The notes under the pieces were generated by a model. That model was not told the DNA's origin, did no database searches, and saw only the letters and a list, made by a program, of their open reading frames with translations. From positions 192,001 to 256,000 of the forward strand of contig CAWBKP010000012.1 in assembly GCA_963789395.1 (NCBI GenBank): a DNA stretch of 64,000 bases, read 5' to 3'. Origin of the DNA: an uncultured delta proteobacterium. GTDB lineage: Bacteria > Desulfobacterota > Desulfobacteria > Desulfobacterales > Desulfatirhabdiaceae. A program made the position numbers and the translations under genes. Of this stretch, positions 9,966 through 17,793 are shown piece by piece; the stretch's first letter is position 1, and each line of letters begins with the position of its first letter.

Positions 9966-10903
9966 GTTTTATTCCTGCCGACAGTTGCGCCAATAGATCT
10001 TAAGGCCGGAAACAGCCCCTTTGGAAAGAACATCAGAACCGCCATGAGAATGAAGCCATAGACCAGAACATTATATTCCCTGACGCCGTGAAGGACTTCC
10101 GGCAGAAGCGACAACAGGATTGCACCGAAAACCGACCCCCAGATCGACCCCATACCGCCGACCAGAACCATGGTCACGAGCTGGAGCGAAAAAAAGATAC
10201 TGAAAGATCCCGGACTGATAAAAGTAATGTAATGGGCATAAAGGCTCCCGGCCAGGGACGCCATAACAGCGCTAATGACAAATATCTTGACCTTGAAGGT
10301 TTCCGTATCGATACCCGCGCACCGGGCTGCGATTTCGTTGTGGCTGAGCGCGGCCATGGCCCTGCCGGCCCTTGAGCGGATCAGATTCAGGGAAAGAACC
10401 AGAGCACAGTTGGCAGCAGCCCAGAACAGGTAATAGATTTTGCGATCCGAGTCAAAGCTAAATCCCCAGACCTGAAGGCGGGGAATACCGGCAAAGCCTG
10501 AAGGGCCTCCGGTTACAATGCTCAGCTGAATCATGATGATGTAGACGATAACGTTGAACCCGAGGGTCGCCATCACCAGGTAGTGGCCTTCCAGCTTCAG
10601 TGTGGGTATGCCGATAATGTATGCAATGCCTGCCGTAACGGCCATGGCACAAAGGATCGTCGGCCAGGCCGGAAGACCGTATGTCGTGGTAAGAATGGCG
10701 GAGAAATAGGCCCCCAGTCCAAAGAAGGCGCCATGGCCCAGCGATATCTGACCTGCATAACCCATCAGCAGATTCAGCCCGATGACGATTATGACATTCA
10801 GAGCGGCGATATTGAGCGCCATCAGGTAATAATTGTTCTCCAGAGCAAGCGGGATGACGAAAACGACCAGTCCAAAGGCAAGTATGCGCGGATTCTTCAT
10901 CAC
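9962..10903 (-). CDS. livM: Branched-chain amino acid ABC transporter permease (LivM-like)
   Basis: GYAGQISLGHGAF, YLVMATLGF, VGGMGSIWG; multiple TM segments. Confidence 0.9.
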   Translation of the reverse strand: MMKNPRILAFGLVVFVIPLALENNYYLMALNIAALNVIIVIGLNLLMGYAGQISLGHGAFFGLGAYFSAILTTTYGLPAWPTILCAMAVTAGIAYIIGIPTLKLEGHYLVMATLGFNVIVYIIMIQLSIVTGGPSGFAGIPRLQVWGFSFDSDRKIYYLFWAAANCALVLSLNLIRSRAGRAMAALSHNEIAARCAGIDTETFKVKIFVISAVMASLAGSLYAHYITFISPGSFSIFFSLQLVTMVLVGGMGSIWGSVFGAILLSLLPEVLHGVREYNVLVYGFILMAVLMFFPKGLFPALRSIGATVGRNKT

Positions 10904-11784
10904 ACCCTTCTCAATGCCCCCTTTCCGAATATCCCGGATGGCTTAAAGAAGAGCACGATCAAAAGGATCACAAAGGCAAGGACATCCTTGTATTCGGAAG
11001 ACACCAGGCCGGCCCCGAGGGATTCCAGCACGCCAAGTATTAACCCTCCGGCTACCGCCCCGATCATGGAACCATAACCGCCTAGAATGGCGGCCGCAAA
11101 CCCTTTCAGCCCCAGCATCACGCCGGCATCATAGGAAATGGTGGTGACGGGCGTCAGAATGATCCCGGCGACCGCACCCAGTGCGCCACTGAGGAAAAAC
11201 GAGAGTGCGATCATCCGGTTGACCGGTATTCCGGCCAGATGGGCAGACCTGCGGCTGGCGGCAACGGCCCGCATGGCCTTTCCCGTGCGGGTCTTGATGA
11301 AAAAAGTGCTCAGGGCCGCCACCACCACCACCGTGATCCCGAAGATCCAGATGCTCTGCGGCATGATGGCTGCTCCGAAAATCAGAATGGGATCCTCTCC
11401 GGAAAAAGGCGGAAGGGTCATGGCGTTCTTTCCCCAGATGGCCATTGACAGGCCCTTGATAAAAATGGAGGCGCCGACGGTAATCATGACCAGATTCAGT
11501 ATTTCCTGGGATCTGGATTGCCGAAGGGTTGTCTTCTCCAGAAGCAAGCCGATGACCGCCACAGCGAAAACGCTTAAAACAAAGGCCGGGGCCATGGGAA
11601 GCTTCAAGTACCCGTAAAACGTGATCATGAACATGCCCCCCAGCATCACGAACTCCCCCTGCGCGAAATTCACAATGCCGGTGGCGTTATGGATGATGGA
11701 AAACCCGATTGCAATCAACGCATACGTGCTTCCGGTAGTCAGCCCCGAGAGGGTGAATTGAAACAGCTTAAGAAGCAGCGGCAT
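10900..11784 (-). CDS. livH: Branched-chain amino acid ABC transporter permease (LivH-like)
   Basis: YALIAIGF, NFAQGEF, GKAMRAVA, KGFAAAILGG, KPSGIFG. Confidence 0.9.
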   Translation of the reverse strand: MPLLLKLFQFTLSGLTTGSTYALIAIGFSIIHNATGIVNFAQGEFVMLGGMFMITFYGYLKLPMAPAFVLSVFAVAVIGLLLEKTTLRQSRSQEILNLVMITVGASIFIKGLSMAIWGKNAMTLPPFSGEDPILIFGAAIMPQSIWIFGITVVVVAALSTFFIKTRTGKAMRAVAASRRSAHLAGIPVNRMIALSFFLSGALGAVAGIILTPVTTISYDAGVMLGLKGFAAAILGGYGSMIGAVAGGLILGVLESLGAGLVSSEYKDVLAFVILLIVLFFKPSGIFGKGALRRV

Positions 11785-11805
11785 GGATACGTCCCACCTG
11801 TTCTG

Positions 11806-12345
11806 CTAAGCCCGAAAACCGGCATTGATGGCTGTTGAAAATTTTTCCAGTTTTGCAGGAGAGCCGGAAATTTGCGCGTTCAGCACAGCCTGAATATCTG
11901 CCAGAGTACAGTACAGGTTTTGGGTGACGGAAAGCCTTGATAGCATGGCCCCCAGCATGATCAGATTGACGGATTTCAGGTTGCCGATATCCCTTGCAAT
12001 AGTATCGGCATCAACGCTGAACACCCGTTCACCAGGCGCATGATGCGGACGGCTGCTGTTGACAATGGCCCAGCCATCGTGTTTGACAAATCCGCCGTGC
12101 TGAGACAGGCTTTCCGGTTTCAATGCCAGAATCCCGTCGGCTGTGAACGGACGGATCAGCGGACTGGAAAAATCGCCGACTTTCAGGTGAGATACCACAG
12201 TGCCTCCCCGCTGGGCCATTCCGTGAGTCTCGGAAGTCAGTACCGGATATCCCTTCTTTATGGCGGCCTCAGCCAGAAGGCGTGTAACAAACAAAACACC
12301 CTGGCCTCCGACGCCGCTGATAATAATCTGCTGTTTAACAGTCAT
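11806..12345 (-). CDS. iorB: Indolepyruvate:ferredoxin oxidoreductase beta subunit
   Basis: GVGGQGV, SETHGMAQRGGTV, NLIMLG. Confidence 0.88.
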   Translation of the reverse strand: MTVKQQIIISGVGGQGVLFVTRLLAEAAIKKGYPVLTSETHGMAQRGGTVVSHLKVGDFSSPLIRPFTADGILALKPESLSQHGGFVKHDGWAIVNSSRPHHAPGERVFSVDADTIARDIGNLKSVNLIMLGAMLSRLSVTQNLYCTLADIQAVLNAQISGSPAKLEKFSTAINAGFRA

Positions 12346-12360
12346 TGTTAACTCCAGTGG

Positions 12361-14187
12361 CTAATTCTCATTGCCTATGATTTTTATCGCCTTTTTCGGG
12401 CAAACATGCAAGCAGACACCACACCCCGTACACCCGGCAGGATCGATACGAACGGGATAATTCTCCCCCTCTGTGACCAGCGCCGGACATTCGAAATGCT
12501 CAATGCAGTAATGGCAGGCATCGCAATCATCCTGATCAACCTGGACCCGGATAAACGGATGACGGTTTTCCGTTCTGCTGCGATCCAGCAGACAGGGGCG
12601 CCGGGCGATGACCACTGCCGGACCGGATTCCCGGCTGTAGGCAACCGCAGATTTCACCAGGGAGGTAAATTCGGGAACATCATAGGGATCCCCGGTTTTA
12701 CAGAACTGAATGCCGCATCCCTGTACCAGTTTTTCAATCTCAACCGTGATGGTAGGCTCCCCGCCAATTCCCCTGCCGCTGGAAGGGGTGGGCTGATTGC
12801 CGGTCATGGCGGTTGTCCGATTGTCAAGAATCACCAGGACAAAACGGACATTTTGAACCACGGCATCGATCAGCGCCGGAATTCCGGCATGAAAAAACGT
12901 GGAATCACCCAGAGTGGCAACAATATCCGGCCGCTTGGGTTCGGAGCGGAATGCCTGATAAAAACCGGCGGCCTGGCTGATGGCGGCCCCCATGCAGATA
13001 AACGTGTCAACGGCCCCCAGGTTCAGCCCCAATGTATAGCAGCCGATATCGCTCGTGTAAATGCCTCTGGGCGCCGCTTTTTTGATGGCGAAAAAACTGG
13101 CACGGTGCGGACAGCCCGCACAAAGCGTCGGGCGCCTGCCCGGCGCAGCGGCAGGCGGATTGGTCCGGGGAAGCGGTGTTCCGGCAAATTCTGAAACAAT
13201 TGCTTCAATGGTTTCCGGCAGGATTTCACCCACGGATGGGACGGTTCCGGATACCTTCCCCCTGACCTTATGACGGTCGGCGATCTGCATCTCAATGACG
13301 CCGGCGCTCTCTTCGATGACAAGAATTTCCATATAGGTTGATTCAAGATGATCAATAAATTCACGGTGAAGGGGAAAAGGCTGAATGACCTGATACAGGG
13401 GAACGCGATCCCAGAGGCCAAGATCCTTCAATACATCGCGGGTATGGGCGGCCGCCACGCCGGAAACGACAATGGCCTTTGATCCTGAGGCAACCGGATT
13501 GCGGCGCAGCGGAGCAGTGGGCGCATAACGAGCGATATCGGAATTTTTCTGTTCAAGGGACTGGTGCAGCCGTAACCGAAATTTTGGTGTTGCAGCCCAC
13601 CTGGCCGGATTTTTTTTAAAAACAGGCTTGCGCTCCTCCGAAACAACAGGAGAAACAGCCACATCCTGACGCGCATGACAGACCCGCGTGGTTGGCCGGA
13701 TCATGACCGGGATCTCGAATGCTTCGGATAACGCGTACCCCATAGCGATCATGTCTTTGGCCTGGGCCGGAGAATCGGGATCAAGGACCGGAATCTTGGC
13801 CATCATGGCCATCATCCGGCTGTCCTGCTCGGTCTGTGAAGAATGCGGTCCCGGGTCATCAGCGCAGATGATCAGAAAGCCGCCCACGGTTCCCATGTAG
13901 GCTGCGCTCATCAGCGGGTCCGAGGCAACGTTCAACCCCACCTGCTTCATGCTGACCATGGACCTGAGTCCGGCAATGCCGGCCGTGTAGGCGATTTCAA
14001 AAGCCACTTTTTCATTGATGGACCACTGGGCGTGAAGCCGGGTATGTTCAGCCTGCTGCCATTCCACAAGGGCGGGCAGAATTTCGGAAGCCGGTGTGCC
14101 GGGATAGGACGTGGCAAGGGCACAGCCGTTTTCAATCAGGCCTCGAGAAATGGCCTGGTTGCCAAGCATCAAGATACGGTTTTGCAT
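12361..14187 (-). CDS. iorA: Indolepyruvate:ferredoxin oxidoreductase alpha subunit
   Basis: YPGTPASE, NEKVA, KQVGLNVASD, HSSQTEQD, CAGCPHR, DIGCY, GDSTFFH (TPP), C-terminal 2x[4Fe-4S]; RBS gaggag. Confidence 0.92.
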   Translation of the reverse strand: MQNRILMLGNQAISRGLIENGCALATSYPGTPASEILPALVEWQQAEHTRLHAQWSINEKVAFEIAYTAGIAGLRSMVSMKQVGLNVASDPLMSAAYMGTVGGFLIICADDPGPHSSQTEQDSRMMAMMAKIPVLDPDSPAQAKDMIAMGYALSEAFEIPVMIRPTTRVCHARQDVAVSPVVSEERKPVFKKNPARWAATPKFRLRLHQSLEQKNSDIARYAPTAPLRRNPVASGSKAIVVSGVAAAHTRDVLKDLGLWDRVPLYQVIQPFPLHREFIDHLESTYMEILVIEESAGVIEMQIADRHKVRGKVSGTVPSVGEILPETIEAIVSEFAGTPLPRTNPPAAAPGRRPTLCAGCPHRASFFAIKKAAPRGIYTSDIGCYTLGLNLGAVDTFICMGAAISQAAGFYQAFRSEPKRPDIVATLGDSTFFHAGIPALIDAVVQNVRFVLVILDNRTTAMTGNQPTPSSGRGIGGEPTITVEIEKLVQGCGIQFCKTGDPYDVPEFTSLVKSAVAYSRESGPAVVIARRPCLLDRSRTENRHPFIRVQVDQDDCDACHYCIEHFECPALVTEGENYPVRIDPAGCTGCGVCLHVCPKKAIKIIGNEN

Positions 14188-14199
14188 TCGCTTCTCCTC

Positions 14200-14233
14200 A
14201 AAAAAAAGCCAGGCTTTCAGAAGAAGGCCTGGC
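14200..14233 (-). terminator. Intrinsic terminator-like hairpin directly abutting the iorA RBS
   Basis: Minus strand GCCAGGC-cttcttctgaaa-GCCTGGC followed by T8, then gaggag RBS. Confidence 0.7.
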
Positions 14234-14320
14234 AAATATGATTATTCAGAACACCCAAAAGCAGCATCTCCATCAACCCGTTCGGGTGCTGAGAGGGATT
14301 ACAGCTTCAAGTCAAATTCC

Positions 14321-14545
14321 CTAACCAAGATCGGGAGGTTTGTCAACAGCCATTTTCCCTTTCCTGAAACCGAAAATCAGATAAATGATAAAGCCGACAA
14401 ACGGAATGGCGGCAATCATCATCCAAAGGACTTTTTTCCGTAAACTGCCGAATTCCTTCTGGGACGCATTGATTACCGCCCAGAGCGTTGCCAGGAGAAA
14501 TGGAACGCTGAGTCCCAGAATAATCTTGATAGTGTGAAAATCCAT
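14321..14545 (-). CDS. Small membrane protein, PLDc N-terminal-like domain
   Basis: 74 aa, two TM helices, W...IPFVGFIIYLIFG pattern. Confidence 0.75.
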   Translation of the reverse strand: MDFHTIKIILGLSVPFLLATLWAVINASQKEFGSLRKKVLWMMIAAIPFVGFIIYLIFGFRKGKMAVDKPPDLG

Positions 14546-14546
14546 T

Positions 14547-15443
14547 TCAGCCTTTTAATTGATCGGCAATTTTCAATATCGTTGTCACGTAAACCTTGCT
14601 GTGGTTGTATTGGTACACCACGTTAAAGGCGGCTTCATCGCTTATGCCGGGTTTCCATCCGAAGTTTTTAAGATAATTGGCAATGCTCATGATGGCATCT
14701 GTGGGGTTGAACAGATCGATTCTGCCATCGTTATTACCGTCCCGGCCGTAAGCCAAAATGTTGCTGGGCATGAACTGGGAAATGCCCATGGCTCCGGCAT
14801 AGGAACCATGTATTGTTGTGGGATCAATTTTTTCCCTGCTTGTATATTTCAAGAATGCTTTCAGCTCCTGATAGGCCCATGAGGATTTGGCATTGGCCTT
14901 TTCTTCAAACGAAGTTCTGCTTGGCCTGCGATCCTCTTGAATACTGTTCCACACGATCTCCCGAAGTGCTGACTCTCTCATGGCAGCCAGGGACGAAAGG
15001 GTGTTCAATATGGAGCTTGTGCCCAGATAGGTCCCCAGCCGGGTTTCAACCAGCATGATAGCGGTAATCACTTCCTTGTTGACGCCGTAGGTATCTTCAG
15101 CGGCTTTCAGTTCCGAAAGATGATCCTGAATGTATTTTCTGGCTTTTTGAAGGGATTCCGGGGACAAAAACTGATCATAATTCACCCTGGCCTCGCTGTG
15201 CATGAAAAACAGTGACACGGTACGGGTTTCAAAATGAACATCCGGTTGCTGGAAAAGGGTTTTCAGCATGGCTGGGTCAAACCCTTCTCCGGCCAGCCTT
15301 GCCTGAAGGGACGTAAACGGAGCAGTGTTTTCTTGGGATGATGCCGGAAGCACCGATGCCATCCAGAAGCTGAAAAAATACAGCAATATGCTTGTGCAGG
15401 ATCGAAATTGAAATAAAAAACGGCGAATTGTCAAAATCGTCAT
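14547..15443 (-). CDS. Lytic murein transglycosylase (MltB/SLT_2-like)
   Basis: VETRLG, GSYAGAMGISQFMPS, DGNNDGRIDLF, SIANYL, YNHS. Confidence 0.88.
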   Translation of the reverse strand: MTILTIRRFLFQFRSCTSILLYFFSFWMASVLPASSQENTAPFTSLQARLAGEGFDPAMLKTLFQQPDVHFETRTVSLFFMHSEARVNYDQFLSPESLQKARKYIQDHLSELKAAEDTYGVNKEVITAIMLVETRLGTYLGTSSILNTLSSLAAMRESALREIVWNSIQEDRRPSRTSFEEKANAKSSWAYQELKAFLKYTSREKIDPTTIHGSYAGAMGISQFMPSNILAYGRDGNNDGRIDLFNPTDAIMSIANYLKNFGWKPGISDEAAFNVVYQYNHSKVYVTTILKIADQLKG

Positions 15444-15746
15444 TCCTTAATTTACAGTAACTTCTAAAATTATAAAATATATCCTTCTTTGAAAAAAAGG
15501 ATATTCCAGTCGAATTGTTTAATAATCCCTACTCCCCCCTTCTGGCGAATGAAGGAAATATACCGATGCGATCCGCTATGATGACATAGACTGGTTGCTT
15601 TATACCATATTTCAGCAAAAAGAATCCAGCATCATTATCGCTTTACATATAGTTCTTGATATTGCGATTCAGAATTGTATAATATGGTTTTAAAATGTAT
15701 ATTTTCAACAGACAAAACTCTCGGCATGAGCTTAGAGGTTTTACAT

Positions 15747-16133
15747 TTGATATCAACCGGTTTTGAAAAAATTATTGAGGAGCGCATTCTTCAGGCTCAG
15801 CGCCGCGGGGATTTTGACAATCTTCCGGGTTCCGGCAAGCCGCTTGAAATTGAAGACGACCGTCATATCCCCGAAGATCTGAGACTGGCTTATAAAATTC
15901 TGAAAAATGCCGGCTGCATTCCGCAGGAAATCGAACTGAAAAAAGAGATTCACCAGACCCGGGATCTGCTGGCGGCCATGGAAGACACAGCTCAAAAATA
16001 TCAAACCTTGACGCGATTGAATTATCTGATCTTTAAACTTAATTGCATGCGGAAAACTTCCGTTGAGATGGAAATGCCTCAACATTATGCCGCAAAACTG
16101 GCGATCCGTATGGACCCAAAATCTTCAATTTGA
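15747..16133 (+). CDS. DUF1992 (YhdN-like) protein
   Basis: EERILQAQRRGDFDNLPGSGKPL and RLAYKILKNAGCIP; probable TTG start behind gagg. Confidence 0.8.
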   Translation: MISTGFEKIIEERILQAQRRGDFDNLPGSGKPLEIEDDRHIPEDLRLAYKILKNAGCIPQEIELKKEIHQTRDLLAAMEDTAQKYQTLTRLNYLIFKLNCMRKTSVEMEMPQHYAAKLAIRMDPKSSI

Positions 16134-16148
16134 TTTCAATTATCCATT

Positions 16149-16631
16149 ATGATGAATAAATACAAACAAAACGACGGCGTTTTCAAAAGTGTTTTGATGG
16201 CCTATTCGGTTCTGGTGCTGCATGTACTTCTGATTGCCGGGCTTGGCCTTCTGGTTCTTTTTTTCCGGGGAGTCATTCAGTACATGGTCTGGATATTTCT
16301 GGGCGGAACAGCTGCTATCGCCGTATCCGGGTATCGCTTTTACAACCGGATGAAGCAGGAAGGCAAAACCCTCCGGGAAATGGTGAATTCTCCCCTTTTT
16401 CACGGCAGAGCGGTTGAAGTCAGCATTCTGGGCGGCATGGCATCATTTAAAATCGGCAAAGACAGCAGCCCACTCGCCCTGCCAGACACAACCTGTAACA
16501 CTTCAAATCTTCTGGAAGATCCGGCCTCAGCGAGAATTCGCGAACTTTCCGAACTGGTACGCCTGTTTGAAAGCGATTTGATTACCCTGGAAGAATTCAA
16601 CAGTGTCAAGCGCCAGCTCTTTCGTTCATGA
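16149..16631 (+). CDS. Membrane protein with C-terminal SHOCT-like segment
   Basis: Two TM helices; C-terminal LSELVRLFESDLITLEEFNSVKRQL. Confidence 0.65.
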   Translation: MMNKYKQNDGVFKSVLMAYSVLVLHVLLIAGLGLLVLFFRGVIQYMVWIFLGGTAAIAVSGYRFYNRMKQEGKTLREMVNSPLFHGRAVEVSILGGMASFKIGKDSSPLALPDTTCNTSNLLEDPASARIRELSELVRLFESDLITLEEFNSVKRQLFRS

Positions 16632-16641
16632 AGGATATTCG

Positions 16642-17589
16642 ATGACGACACCACTCACTGTTGCATTGCTTTCCGGCGGCATTTCCTCAGAGCGAGAGGT
16701 CTCGCTTAAAAGCGGGGACCAGGTTTACGCTGCCCTGGACAAGGACAAATACCGGGTAATCCGGTACGACCCGAAGACAGACCTCAGCCGTCTGGTTGCC
16801 GACGCATCGTCCATTGATGTGGCGCTGATCATTCTTCACGGTCCGTTTGGCGAAGACGGTACTGTTCAGGGCCTGCTGGAACTTCTGGGTATTCCCTATC
16901 AGGGGTCAGGGGTCCTGGGAAGCGCCATCGCCATGGACAAACTGGTTTCAAAACAGCTTTATGAAAGATCCGGGATCCCGACCCCCGCCTATATCACGAT
17001 TCACCGTAAGGACACGCAAAAGGCTGAAACCTGTCTGAAGCACATTGGTCTCCCCCTTGTACTCAAACCTGCCAAGGGCGGATCCAGTATCGGCATGGCC
17101 ATCGTGAAAACTCGGGACAAACTGGAACCCGCGATTCAGGAAGCCTTCCGCCATGACGATACCCTCGTTGTTGAGACCTATATTCACGGAACAGAGCTGA
17201 CGGTCGGGGTTATCGGCAATCGGGACTTAAACGCGCTGCCTGTCATTGAAATCATTCCCGACTCCCAGTATGAATTTTTCGACTACCATGCCAAATACCT
17301 GCCTGGCGCCAGCCGGGAAATCTGTCCGGCCCGAATTGATGAGGCGCTCACTGAAAAAGCACAGGCCTATGCCAAAATGGCTCACCGGGCGCTTTTCTGT
17401 GAAGGATACAGCCGCACGGACATGATGCTGACAGACCGGGAACTTTTTATTCTTGAAACCAACACAATTCCGGGAATGACCGAAACCAGCCTGCTGCCAC
17501 GTGCTGCAAAAACCGCCGGCATCCCCTTTTCAAGGCTCCTGGATATTTTGATTGAACTGGGAATTGAAAACAAATCCAAGCGATCATAA
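16642..17589 (+). CDS. ddl: D-alanine--D-alanine ligase
   Basis: GGISSEREVSL, LHGPFGEDG, GSSIG, FFDYHAKY, ETNTIPGMT. Confidence 0.95.
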   Translation: MTTPLTVALLSGGISSEREVSLKSGDQVYAALDKDKYRVIRYDPKTDLSRLVADASSIDVALIILHGPFGEDGTVQGLLELLGIPYQGSGVLGSAIAMDKLVSKQLYERSGIPTPAYITIHRKDTQKAETCLKHIGLPLVLKPAKGGSSIGMAIVKTRDKLEPAIQEAFRHDDTLVVETYIHGTELTVGVIGNRDLNALPVIEIIPDSQYEFFDYHAKYLPGASREICPARIDEALTEKAQAYAKMAHRALFCEGYSRTDMMLTDRELFILETNTIPGMTETSLLPRAAKTAGIPFSRLLDILIELGIENKSKRS

Positions 17590-17793
17590 CCCCGATTTTA
17601 GGCTTTCAGAAAAAGCTTTCGGGTGTGCTATTGCTCCGGGATGAACGCATAAATTACTATCCCCTCCCTGCTGCCTTCCCAAAAACATTTTGTGAAAGGT
17701 GACATCCTGTTTCTTTTGCCTGAAACCCCTGTATTTTTCCCATCAAATCCGCTATAAGGTCACAAGGATCCCTGATCTTTGTGAGAGGAAGAT

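Noticed and set aside
14255..14300. TPP or glycine riboswitch suggested by gggtgctgagag / ctctcag
   Set aside because: Wrong strand or wrong motif order, and the remaining conserved cores are missing; kept only as an unclassified leader.
17598..17625. Similarity of aggctttcagaaaaagc to the iorA leader hairpin
   Set aside because: Too short to distinguish from chance; may be just a weak terminator after ddl.
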